Of a stretch of 64,000 bases of DNA, positions 25,765 through 38,539 are shown piece by piece. Each line of letters opens with the position of its first letter. The stretch's first letter is position 1. The notes under the pieces are model-generated. The model was given only the letters and a program-made list of their open reading frames with translations, was not told the DNA's origin and did not search any database. A program made the position numbers and the translations under genes. The stretch comes from Octopus vulgaris (lineage: Eukaryota). The stretch is from assembly GCA_951406725.2 (NCBI GenBank), contig OX597816.1, forward strand, positions 35,774,001 through 35,838,000, written 5' to 3'.

Positions 25765-25919
25765 TACACGCACACGTCGAGACCATCACCCCTCTTTCAC
25801 ACGCACATACATACTCTCTTATACATACACGCACATTCGTGTTAAGGGTCATCTTTACTTTGTTATCTCCCCTACTTCTTCCCCCTCGTGTGTGACCCTT
25901 CTGTCCGAAGTCGGTAGCC

Positions 25920-26206
25920 ATGATAGATCGTTAGCCACTACACACATTTTTTTCTCTCCTTGTTTCTCTGCTTGTTTTTTTCCGTAGAAGAGCGTAGGCT
26001 CGAAACGTAAAAGACTTTTTCTATTCCTGAGCGTTATACTAATACATATGTTTCTTTTGTACACCACCTGTCTTCGTTTTTTATTTTCTTTTTTGCTCGG
26101 GAAGTGAAAAAGTCTTTAATGTTTCGAGTTTACGCTCTTCCACAGGAACACAGAAAGAAACAAAGAGAGAAAATAAAGAATGTATAGTGGCTAACGATCC
26201 GTCATT
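25920..26206. repeat. Tail-to-tail inverted pair of the hammerhead-bearing pLTR-like repeat (motifs at 25977-26014 + and 26113-26150 -)
   Basis: GATCGTTAGCCACTA..GAAGAGCGTAGGCTCGAAACGTAAAAGAC..GAGC mirrored on the opposite strand. Confidence 0.85.
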
Positions 26207-26651
26207 ATGTTTACTTATGCTCCTTTTTCGTTCATCTTTTTAAATACTTCATCGTTCCATCAACAGATCCCCTTCTTTAACGCCCTTCCCTCATTTTCCC
26301 CCCATATCCATTCATTTATACCCCAGCTGCGTTTTGCAGTTGACAGCATCGACGGAGGGCGCAATATTATCGATAAGGTGCCGAAATTATGATGAAAGGC
26401 TGAGCGAGTCCACTTTCACTTTGTGATTTTTCCTTTTCACAGTATTTTCCTTAGTCGTCTCTCGGTGCAACATTTGGCTATTTTACATCCGCCCGTATCC
26501 ATTTACGCACGCACTCACACACACATGCACGCACGCACGCCCAGACACACACACACACATGCACACATATATAGCAGCATGGGTACACACACACAGTTAT
26601 ATATATATTTGCATCTGTAATATTATTACTATTATTATTATTATTACTATT

Positions 26652-26682
<31 letters not shown>

Positions 26683-26690
26683 TTATTATT

Positions 26691-26870
26691 GTCATTTACT
26701 TTTAATCTGCATATTTGATGCAATCATTTGCCGGGGCACACCCAGCGCCCTAGGGCAAGTGAAGGTTAAGAGTTGTTGAAATATAGCTGAAAGCTTGGGA
26801 AGGGGAAGTAGAGAAATATATCCATGTAATACAACACAAACATTTACATTGATAGGGGTTTTCTAAGGAT
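26691..26870 (-). mobile_element. Second copy of the 3'-terminal ~180 bp of the adjacent Dong/R4 element, with its own (TAA)n tail
   Basis: Near-identical to 26952-27131. Confidence 0.9.
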
Positions 26871-26872
26871 AA

Positions 26873-26951
<79 letters not shown>

Positions 26952-27690
26952 GTCATTTACTTTTAATCTGCATGTTTGATGCAATCACTTGCCGGGGCAC
27001 ACCCAGCGCCCTAGGGCAAGTGAAGGTTAAGAGTTGTTGAAATATAGCTGAAAGCTTGGGGAGGGGAAGTAGAGAAATATCTCCATGTAATACATTACAA
27101 ACATTTACATTGATAGGATTTTTCTAAGGATGTGGGCAGTACTTGTTAGCACAATCTTTTGGACTTCTTTGAGACATGGTTCTCCAGGGATATTGTCTAC
27201 GTGTTTCTGACATCCCTTTTTTATCATACCTAGGGCACCTACAATAACACGAACAGTTTTTGTTTTACGATTCCACATCTTTTGTATTTTGATTTCCAGG
27301 TCCTTATATTTACAAAGTTTGTCAATTTCCTTTACATATATATTGTTATCAGTGAGGACGCTTACTTCTATTAGTCTGCAAGTATTTTCTTCCTTGTCTT
27401 TAACAATTATGTCTGGTTGATTAGCCTTGATCGTTCTGTCAGTGTTGACTGGAAAATCCCAGAGGATGGTGACATTTTTATCTTCAACAACTGGCTGAGG
27501 ATGATGTTCATACCAGTTAGCAAGAGTGCCGAATTTGTAGTGTTTACACATCTTCCAATGTATATACTGTCCTACCCTATCGTGGCGATTTTTGTATTCG
27601 TTTGGTGTCAGCACAGGACATCCGGAAACGAGATGGTCTATTGTTTCGGCAAATGTATCACAGAATCTGCATTTAGGGTACATGAATATA
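26952..27690 (-). mobile_element. 5'-truncated Dong/R4 element: CCHC finger + PD-(D/E)xK restriction-like endonuclease + 3' UTR
   Basis: ORF 27105-27683: CRFC..ETIDHLVSGC..RHDRV..LWDF..QPDII..LIEVSV..KYKDL..VGALG. Confidence 0.93.
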
Positions 27691-27691
27691 T

Positions 27692-27845
27692 AGAGAGTAG
27701 GAGATTTGTCGACTTCAAACTTAAGTTATTTCTCCTAGCGAATTATATTTTCTTTTATATTTATGGACATCCCTCTCAATGAGATGCAGTTTTCAAATTT
27801 CGAAGTCGTTTTTCTCTTGAGGCTAAATACACACACACACACACA
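27692..27845. repeat. ~140-bp direct repeat, second copy at 30098-30250
   Basis: GATTTGTCGACTTCAAACTTAAGTTATTTCTCC..CTTGAGGCTAAATACACAC at both sites. Confidence 0.9.
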
Positions 27846-28087
27846 CCGTTTCGGAGACGCTAGCCTGGTAATTTCTGGTAAACAAGCTTTGATCTTGTGC
27901 TGCCAGTATGTAGCCTTCAGTTTCTGCTTTCAATCCTGAACTCTTCAGCCACTGATGGGTTGTTGCTTGGTCTACATCAGTATTTTGGCTTCGGAGAATA
28001 TATTGTCCATGCAGGGACTTCTGGCTCCACCGCCTCTCAATTTGATTCTGCCCGTTCTTTTTTGCAGTCTCTTTTATTCGCTGTCTG

Positions 28088-28183
<96 letters not shown>

Positions 28184-28217
28184 CGTCGTTGTTGTTGGTG
28201 GTGGTGGTGTTGTTGTA

Positions 28218-28432
28218 AGGCGGTTAGCTGGCAGAAACGTTAGCACGCCGGGCGAAATGCGTAGCCGTATTTCGTCTGCCGTAACGTTCTGTGTTCAAAT
28301 TCCGCCGAGGTTGACTTTGTCTTTCATCCTTTCGGGGTCGATAAATTAAGTACCAATTGAGTCATGCAGTCGAATTAATCGACTTATCCCCTCCCCTAAG
28401 TTTCAGGCCTTGTGCCTAGAGTAGAAAAGATT
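28218..28432 (+). mobile_element. SINE family B inside a compound trinucleotide microsatellite
   Basis: GGCGGTTAGCTGGCAGAAACG..TTTCATCCTTTCGGGGTCGATAAATTAAGTACC. Confidence 0.85.
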
Positions 28433-28513
28433 ATTATTATTATTGTTGTAGTAGTAGTAGTAGTAGTAGTGGTAGTAGTAGTACTAGTATTAGTAGTAGT
28501 AGCAGTAGTAGTG

Positions 28514-28580
<67 letters not shown>

Positions 28581-29669
28581 CAGCAGCAGCAACAGAAACA
28601 GAATGAGGAGGACGAGGAGGGACTGCAGCATCGGCAGTAGTGCTGGTGTATTAGTACTCTCAGAGACACTTGCCCGAACACACACACAAATATATATATG
28701 CATGATGGCTGTCCACTCGTGACCGAGGAAGGCCGTCTCTCAAGTACGTTCTAGCAAAAAACGTCAGCAATTCACCTGCATGATGTTATTGGACTCGCAA
28801 TGGCTCTATTCGAATTCGCAATCGGGTAATTCGTCCCGCCACAAATTTAAATCCAATAAGGCCTGCACAATACGTCAGAGACCCTCTCCCACCTATTAAC
28901 TTTATCCATTGGCAAATGAGTGTAAGATATCCAGAGTGATATGGGTTGCAAATTGAGTAATTTGTAAGTGCCACGGAATCAAATGCAAGCAAAATTTACC
29001 CAAAATGTTCTATACAATTCTCTGCATATCTCGCTTTATATCAGTAACTCTCTTCAGAGACATGCTTTGACATAAGCTTAGAGATGCCTCACCCCAGCTG
29101 CTTATCCAGCACGCTGAACACTAATCTGAGATTTGTACATAAATTACATATATATAAGAATAGTATTACGAGGATGGAGTATAACAGGCTTTAATAGCAG
29201 AACTAAACATTTGGTTCTACACCGCGCACCATTTTTAACATGCTGAGTATATATTCAAAGTTTATGGTAGAAGAACATTTTTTGTAAATATTATATAGTT
29301 GATTGCTGCTGAGCAACAGTCTTGTATGGGCGCTTCCTCATGATGCGGAAGTAATGGTTTTTGTATAGCTGAAGGCTGGTTCATCGCTGGGGTTTAAGCA
29401 ACAACAAAAATATTTTGTAATTGAAGTTTTTAACACTCACCCCTACCAAACAAATCCGCATCTATGTGCGCGCGAGTGTATGTACGTATGTGTATGTAAG
29501 GAAAAATATTTCTAAAATAAAAGTATGCTATTAATAGAGATTATTTTTTATATACATTTTTCTAAATTGTCCTGTCGGTCTAATAAAATTCCTTACATAC
29601 ATACATAATACACACATACTGACACGCGGACAGAGGTAAAGAGAAAAAAAGGGAGAGATAGAGAGAGAA

Positions 29670-29706
<37 letters not shown>

Positions 29707-30233
29707 CAGAGAGAGAGAGACAGAGAGAGACCTTCCTGTTTGAAATTTTATAATTAAATGAAAATTTTCAAATTTGGTAAATTCATGTAGTTTTTTCACG
29801 CTGAATCCAATTTTGTGATTGATTTATTTCAGAAAATTTGATAAAAATTATTTGCTCAAGCAGAAAGCAGGATTCGTGCGCGAGAGCTACGTATCATAAA
29901 ATGAATGTAAGCAAGACGAAGTTTTAAGCAAAATTAAAACAATTGTACATTCATATGAAGCGAGAGGGGGAATAACACCAATACAGAGAGAGAGAGAGGG
30001 GGGATGAGAGAAAGAGAGATAGAAAGAGAGAGATAAAGAGTGCGGTAAATATAAAGGGGTAAAGTGCAAGAGAGAGAGAGAGAGAGAGCAATAGATAGAG
30101 AGTAGAAGATTTGTCGACTTCAAACTTAAGTTATTTCTCCGAGCGAATTATATTTTCTTTAATATTTATGGACAACCCTTTCAATGAGATGCAGTTTGCA
30201 AATTTCGAAGTCGTTTTTCTCTTGAGGCTAAAT

Positions 30234-30272
<39 letters not shown>

Positions 30273-30298
30273 AACTCTCATTTATGCATATATGTATG

Positions 30299-30519
<221 letters not shown>

Positions 30520-31008
30520 TTTCATTCTCAATTGCCCTCTTCTTTTATCTCACTCTGCCCCTTTTCATTTTTCTTTCTTTCTAGTCTTCTATCCATCTGC
30601 CGCTACCTATCTCCTCTCCTCCCACGAGACTGGTTTTTCCGCCAAGCCTGAACTCTCTTTCTTGGTTCCACTACCATACGTGTAGCATCTCTTATATTCC
30701 TTCCCACGACTTGCAACTATTACGTACCTGCCGTAAGGCTTCACATCCACACACGGCTGCTTAATTTAATTCGTCCTTAGTCGAAATACATATGTTGTTA
30801 ATATCCTCTTGTTTGCATTTTTAATTGTGCGCTTTTTCTCCGTTTTCTCGTCCTTTTTTGTATACTTTCGCTTGCTGCCTTTCTTCCAAGGAATTTAGTG
30901 CTCTTAGCTTAAATTTTCTTGGGGCCGGCCAGATTGGAGCAGTCACGAGTGTAACCGGCCGATACTACTGAGATAATCTGGAACTTGACTGAAGATAGAA
31001 AGATCTGA

Positions 31009-31044
<36 letters not shown>

Positions 31045-31439
31045 ATATATAGATATATATTTATATTTATAGTGAGATGTATATGTATGTATGCATATAT
31101 GTATTTACAAACATATACATTATTAAGCTGTGTGTGCTTGTGTGCATTAAAGTATATGTCCATATGAATGTATATATACTGTATGCATGTATGTGTATAT
31201 ATATATAAACATATGGCTGAAATAACACTGTGACAATACATATATATTTTAATAATAATTTCATTTTGATTTAATGCTGCCCATAAATGCTCGGAAGGCG
31301 CGTGAAACACGTATAACTATTGAAACGATTTTAACACTACAACTAACAGTCTTATCGAAAGATTAATCATAAAATTTATTACAGTGAAAAGTTCCATTAA
31401 TGGAAGATATGGTTTAACAGCATTAAATTTTCTTACATA

Positions 31440-31830
31440 TAAAACTTCATACCTAACATTCGAAAACGAATTAATAAATCTGATTCCAAATACCAATTTC
31501 AGACAATATTCTGAAACTAAACCGAGAAGAAAGAGATTTAAAATATAAAAGCAAGAATTCAGATAAACCTAAAATGGATCAAAAGGCCAATAAGCATATC
31601 TTCGATCGGATTATAACTAGTGCAGGTAGTAATCTATGTATAAGAATGTATGTTACCTTAATTGACAATAATAATATAGTCATGCACATTACCAGTGAAC
31701 TACACAGACGATAAGGACAATACATTTGTAACAAATAGTTCCTACACCACAGTTATAGACTATTTAAGACCTAGCCCACGCTTTTTATCGCTAACCTTTC
31801 TGAAAGACATTTAGGTATAAGAATTAAAGT
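31440..31830 (+). mobile_element. Possible highly decayed Penelope-like ORF fragment
   Basis: FENELINLIPNTNFRQY resembles the segment upstream of RT in PLE ORFs; weak. Confidence 0.3.
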
Positions 31831-32916
31831 CATATAATACGATGTTGTCGTATCTCAAATCCAGCTTATATTTACGTAACAAAAATAATCCTAAAATATT
31901 ATGATTTCTTATTATCCAGAATAAAAATAACTACGTTTCTGTTGGGTGTATAAATGACTGCCACACTTCATTCCCGCAATCTTTCCCTATTTTCACATTT
32001 ATCTAATCAATATTATTTACTATTTCTGACTACTGAAATATTGATTTAAAATTTAGGCACAAGGCCAGCACTTCGGGGTAGAAGGTAAATCGTTACATCG
32101 ATCGACGCCAGTGCTTAACTGGTATTTACTTTATTGAGTCCGAGCAGATAAACGACTAAGTCGATTTCAGCTTAATTTCATTACTTAAAACTTGGCATAT
32201 TACAAACTTAGAAAAAATATATTTTATTAAGATAAATTTTACAGGATAAGAAGCACACCGTTTGAAGTCATTCTGGTTACAAAAAATCTCTAAACTAAAG
32301 TTTTAGCCAGATATTTCATAGGAAAAACACTATGTGAGTGAATCTTATGAATTTCTGTAGATATTATGACAACATTGATTGTTATTACTTAACATTAGCA
32401 CGCACACATCAAACACATTCGATAACAACTTCGAAAACAACACGTGTATAAAAGTAGATGAAGCCACTGCAGATTAACAATAGTTAACCTGATACAGGCA
32501 TAAGTCGAAAACCAGAAATTTCTTGGTTAAAATATATCTAAATCATATGCACATATTTGAGCAGAACTTTAAGTATTTAAATCAATTATTAGTTTCCTCA
32601 GCAACAATATAAATATCTAATATTTAGCAGAATATATACGATTAAATAACTGAGGAAAGTGTAAGGCTTAAGCATTGTTTAATGTTTCATGAGTTAAACG
32701 TCAATCATAAATACTTAAAAAATAATCTTCATATTATATACACACGATTACAAATAAAGAAATTATGCCAACATATCCACATATCCAGCCATATTATCTA
32801 ATCAAGTTCATCCGAGGTGATTTTTTATCTAACATGATAAATATATTTGAGAACAACGTAAAACTAAAATTTCCTAGAACGCCATCATGTTCGATCTCTT
32901 TGATTCTTGCATGCTG

Positions 32917-32981
<65 letters not shown>

Positions 32982-33842
32982 AAGAACACAAATAACACAA
33001 ATTAAGTTTCAAATTTACAACTGTTTCGGTAAAATTTTATTCATGTATTCATAGATTGCATCATACTCTATAGTCCAAAATCTGCAAGCAAAATAATGGT
33101 CTTTCGATATCTTTGATTTTCGCATGCCCAACATATCCACTCTTAAATTATCTTTATTTGATTTATATCACATTAATTAGATTTATCACGTTTTTCAACC
33201 TCCTTTATCTCTGCTGCTAATTGGATTACAAGCAATAACTGCAGATTAGCCAAATTCCATGGTCTTTCAAAATCTGACACAGCTTTATTTTGCTTGTATT
33301 ACAAATCTATTGTATTCTAGAATAATGTAGGAGAATAATATTTCATATTCTAATATTTATATCTATATATATTCTGCACACTTGCTCCCAATTTCACAGG
33401 CGCAATCTACCTTTATTATTTTCGGTGCTAAAGTTGACGTAAAACTTCTAATCGAATATTGTAAATTAATCAACATGTCTTTTCGTGTTTAAAATTTATG
33501 ACACGCGTGAACTCATCTGTTTTACTTTGTTCTTATGTATTAATTTTCACATATCTTTTTTTAAATTTGATAACACATAGTGTATAGAGGTCTCATAACA
33601 TTTAATAATCGCTCTCTTTCAAAATATAAAATATCAATGTCGTAACAGCTTGTAAAAAGGGTGAATTCAAATTATAAATATGTCGTAATTTTTTATAGTA
33701 CATAATAAAATTTGACATATGTTTCATTTATATTCTTTTTGTCTGTAAAAATTTACAACTAAATTTTATGCCAGAACATCATTTACAGCATAATCAATTT
33801 TACCAATGTTTGTATGTGCGTATATGTTTGTGTGTGTATACA

Positions 33843-33920
<78 letters not shown>

Positions 33921-33937
33921 TATACATATATATATAA

Positions 33938-34059
<122 letters not shown>

Positions 34060-34064
34060 GGATT

Positions 34065-34282
34065 ATTTACTCTTTTACTTGTTTCAGTCATGTGAGTGCG
34101 GCCATGCTGAAACACTGCCTTTAGTCGAGCAATTCGACACCAGGACATATTCTTTGTCAGCCTAGTAATCAATCTAACTGTCTCTTTTGCCGAACCGCTA
34201 AGTTACGGGGACATAAACACACTTGCACCAGTTGTCAAGGGATGGTGGGGCGACAAACACAGACACACAAACACACACACAC

Positions 34283-34331
<49 letters not shown>

Positions 34332-34530
34332 AATATATATATATAAATATTTATATATATATACATATACATATATACGATGGTCATCTTCTCAGTTTCT
34401 GCCTATCAAATCCACTCACAAGGCTTTGATTGTCCCGAGGCTATAGTAAAAAACACTTGCCCAAGGTGCCATGCCGTGGGTCATGAATCCAGAACCATGT
34501 GGTTGGTAAGGAAGCTACTTACACCGCCAC
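34065..34530 (-). mobile_element. SINE family A with expanded internal (CA)n(TA)n
   Basis: Collinear with the other copies. Confidence 0.87.
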
Positions 34531-34579
34531 TCTTGTCCCTATACAAAATGTCCTGCACTATCTGTATGTTCCTCCAAAC

Positions 34580-34760
34580 AAAGATGGAGAGATTAAGCCG
34601 ATTATATCGAACCCAGTGTTCAGCAGGTGCTAGTATTATCGACCCCAAAACAATAAAAGATAAAGTCGAATTCTGTGCAATTTGTACTCAGAACGTAAAA
34701 ACGGACGAAATAGCACTAGGCATTTTGTTCGGCGTGCAAATGGTCCAACCAGCTCGCCGA
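34580..34760 (-). mobile_element. SINE family B, diverged
   Basis: ATTATCGACCCC..AAAGTCGA..ACTCAGAACGTA..CCAGCTCGCCG. Confidence 0.7.
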
Positions 34761-35139
34761 ATAGAGAGATAGAGAGAGGGGGAGGGAGAAGGAGAGAGAA
34801 AGAGACAGACAGATAGAGATCTAAACAGTTTGATCTAAACTGTGAGTTTCGAGCGTGTAGCTTGTGTTCGGCTATTGGGGTCTGAATGATAGTTCGATTG
34901 AAGAGCGTCAATGCTTATTACTGGACGTTAGCCTGCGATTAGTCCAGAAAGTTCACGCGGTATAGCAGTTTGATCTTGGTAATTCCGCGAAAAAATTTAA
35001 ACAATTATATATATATATATATATATACACATACATATATATACGAGTATGTACGTATGTATATATGTGTATATATACATACACACACACACATATATAT
35101 ATATATACATATATATATACATACACACACACACACACG

Positions 35140-35195
<56 letters not shown>

Positions 35196-35289
35196 TCGAC
35201 AAACATTGAGACGTAAAACTCTTATCCCTGGTAGACAGATGAATGCCAAAAGAGCTAGTATTGCTCGAGAATCCCATCTTCCATTACTT

Positions 35290-36330
35290 AAATTGGGTAT
35301 TTTTGGAAACTTTACAGTAGGAAATTTATCTGGTCAAATGAAATAGAAATTTCATGTCATCTTGCCATCCTGCTCATTCAGGAGTCTTTTCTTCACCATT
35401 GCTGAAATTAGCCTGTAGTTTCTCGGAATCACTTAGAAGCTTTGGAATGAATGTATATTCAATATTGGGAGATAACATTTTTTCTCGAAGATCGTTATCC
35501 ATTACAACACGAAGAACTCTATCAGGGATATGATGCTGACAACTAATAAATTGCAATTCTTTCAAACACTTTTGAGAAAACTGTCTTTGCGACAGAATAA
35601 CAATGTCATATATTTTCCCAGTGTTCATACTCGTTGTATTAAAAATAATCATCTTTACACAGTCCTATAAATTATATTCATCTAAAACTGCTATAATTCC
35701 TTTCACAACAGTATCTGCCTCTTGGTTTGGTGATTGGAGTGCTTCTAACATAACTTCTCCCTGTTCATTCTTTAAAACTAGAAGTTGTTATTCTTGGTCG
35801 TCAATACATTTACCATCAAAATGCAATGACCAGTTGTTTAAATGTCATGTTTTCTTAATTTTCTTTTTAGTTTAAAAGCTTCTTTGATAGTCCATCTGTA
35901 TCTACGAAATTCGACGTTGATTCCACCTTCAGATAATTGTTGACAAACTATTGCTGCTTTCTAGGTTGATGGCTTGGATGATATTTCTAACTTGGAAGCA
36001 GTTTCACTTTTACTCTATTTCCTCCTTATTTGTGAGGATTCTTCATCGTATTTTTCGGACTCTTCACATTCACTTTTAGTCTCTGCTTCAGACGTTGACG
36101 ATGACACTGGAGTTGCTCTGTTTAAAGTTGGCATTAAGGACTTTTTTCTCCCTTTTGATGGATGGATAGTTTTGGGATTGGCTGCCTTTTCAGTTGCATA
36201 CGCAACCTGTCTCTTGCTTTGCTTTCAATTTGAAGATAATATAACCTTCTACCCAAACTGAACAGTCATTCACCGTTTTCCTTTGTGATGTCAAACATTC
36301 CTTTCAATGAATCGTATTTTCCCTGTTTCA
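35290..36330 (-). pseudogene. Decayed DDE transposase with CxxH motif (hAT-like, probably hATm type); the element may extend to ~37520
   Basis: WSLHFDGK..VLDEYNL*DCVKMIIFNTTSMNTG..QFISCQHHIPDRVLR, with in-frame stops. Confidence 0.7.
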
Positions 36331-38450
36331 CACATGTATCGTAGATATTCAGCAACTTCTCTGATTTTTTTTTGGTTCAAGTTGAATTGATAAATACGGG
36401 AAATTTAATTTCTCATGCCATAAAAAAGTAAGTTACTTTCGAAATTTCATTTATTCTTTCTTTACTTCCTTGATGGTACCGCCAGGGAACAGGTAGCGCA
36501 CGACAGCTTGAATCGTCATTGGTATCCTGCAGTTGTTTTCCAAAGTATGCTCCTCTAGAGGAACAGGTCTTTTTTTCCCTATGTGAATCTTGAAATTGCA
36601 CGAGATTCTTCGTCCAAATTTTGTTTGTTTGTTTGTTTTTTGAGTGACACAAAATCTTCTCTTATGAGACATTATTTTAGATACTCCAGTTGGATAAGCC
36701 TACTATTCTGAAAACAGTTAATATAGTAAGAGCTTTTAGCGTCACAGAAATAAAATGGAGAGGAAAGGGTTATTTCCTAAACTAGTAATATTTCGGCTGC
36801 GAAATAAACTATGTTCTTGGCACAACATCTCCTTTTTACTACTAAAATAACCTCGAAAACAATTTTGACTTCATTTACGGGCAACATTTCGATTTGCTTC
36901 TGTTTCACTTTCGACCGATGTCCACACATGCGTAGAATTCTACTTAAATGCCACACATAAAAAACATGAATCTACCACAAAGTATGACATACTACAAACA
37001 ACACCAACACGACATTATTTCTGAGGAAACTTCCATCCTTTCAAAATAGCTGACACATTCCGAGTTTTACCTTTTTGAAAACGGGGAGGTGATAAGTGGT
37101 GGAGGTTAGGAAAGGACAATTGAATATTTATTTCAGAATTTTTTTTTTTTAATTTTAATTTTCTTAAACATTCGTAATCTCTGTATTTCTCTACGTGGAT
37201 TACAAAAGAAAAAAAAATCCGAAAATGTTGAAAATTAAATAAATGGGGTGGGGAGGGGAAAAATTTACAATTTCGAACACATGATTTTCCGGCAAAATTG
37301 TAATCTCCAATATAGAAAACACAGGAATCTCAACAAATTTTGGAAAAAAGAAAGTGGCGAGGATCACCGCCGACATTCTAGAAACTACTGGTACACGACA
37401 CGATTTCTGAAACAAAATTTCTCTGAAGTTTATATGGAATATCAGGTTTTCCAATACGCCTATCAGAAACACGAATTACAAAATAAAACTGTCATTTCCA
37501 TTGGATTTGATCTGTAAATTCACATATGCACACAACAACAAATAATATAATTTGTACTGGAGTTTCATCTATAGTGAATCTTTATACGCGCACACGCACA
37601 AAACAAGCTATTTTTACATACATTTTTGGATGGTAAATAAGTTTGAATAAGTTTGCCCTTTCTTTGGCAGGCAATGTCTCCCACTTCACTTCTCTACTTC
37701 CGCTGACTGAGTAGCTTTATCTCTTCCTTTCAATTTCTCATTATAACGTATGGATACACTATGTTGTCAACAACATGTTACAACTTCACTAATTTCATCG
37801 ACGTATGACTAAACCTGGATTTCATTTTTACAAACATTGCTATCAATTGTATAGCAAATATGGTCTGTAAAGCTGATTTATTTTAAGACAATGTCTCTGT
37901 GTACATATCAGTACGTGTTCCTTGGGTGCATCCACCCTACAAATACGTGCACACTCTACATAACGGCTCCACAATCAGGGATAACATTCTCTATTTGGTA
38001 ATCCTCGGAGAAAACAATAGAGAGTAGGAATCTTTATGAATTTTCCTCTTTCATTTTTCTTCTTGAAGAAACACTAAAGTCTCCTTCCATCCATCACCTC
38101 AGCCCTTCCCAAAAGCTACAAACTCCCAATGTTTCTCTTCTAGCATTTCAGAAAGCTAGGAAGTTTCTTCAGAAAGAACATCCTTTAACTGTTGGTTCTA
38201 GCACGTCACGTTCTCTGGTGATCAGCTGATATTTCTTACGTTTGATATTTCAGTACAATTCTGCGAATGCATGAAACATCAAACGACATTGAAAACTTGA
38301 AAGTTTGTAACACATTGTGCCCGTACGAATGGAACAAATAATACAATGTGGCCATAGCTTATAACATCTGAGCAATGCAAGGGTGCATTGCTAATGTATA
38401 TATATATATGTGTGTGTGTGTGTATGAATGTATGTATGTACGTATGTATA

Positions 38451-38489
<39 letters not shown>

Positions 38490-38539
38490 TTATATATATT
38501 TGTGTGTGTATGTGTGTGTGTATGTACGTTTGTGAACCA

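Noticed and set aside
28088-28216. Microsatellite stepping TTA-GTA-GTC-GTT-GTG
   Set aside because: Explained by point mutation plus slippage in compound microsatellites.
29093-29125. Minus-strand LVFSVLDKQL resembling a C2 strand, with gtgagg donor
   Set aside because: Weak acceptor and only 11 codons; chance cannot be excluded.
37560-38350. Possible CR1/L2-like RT remnant on the minus strand
   Set aside because: Motifs too decayed to support a call without an HMM search.
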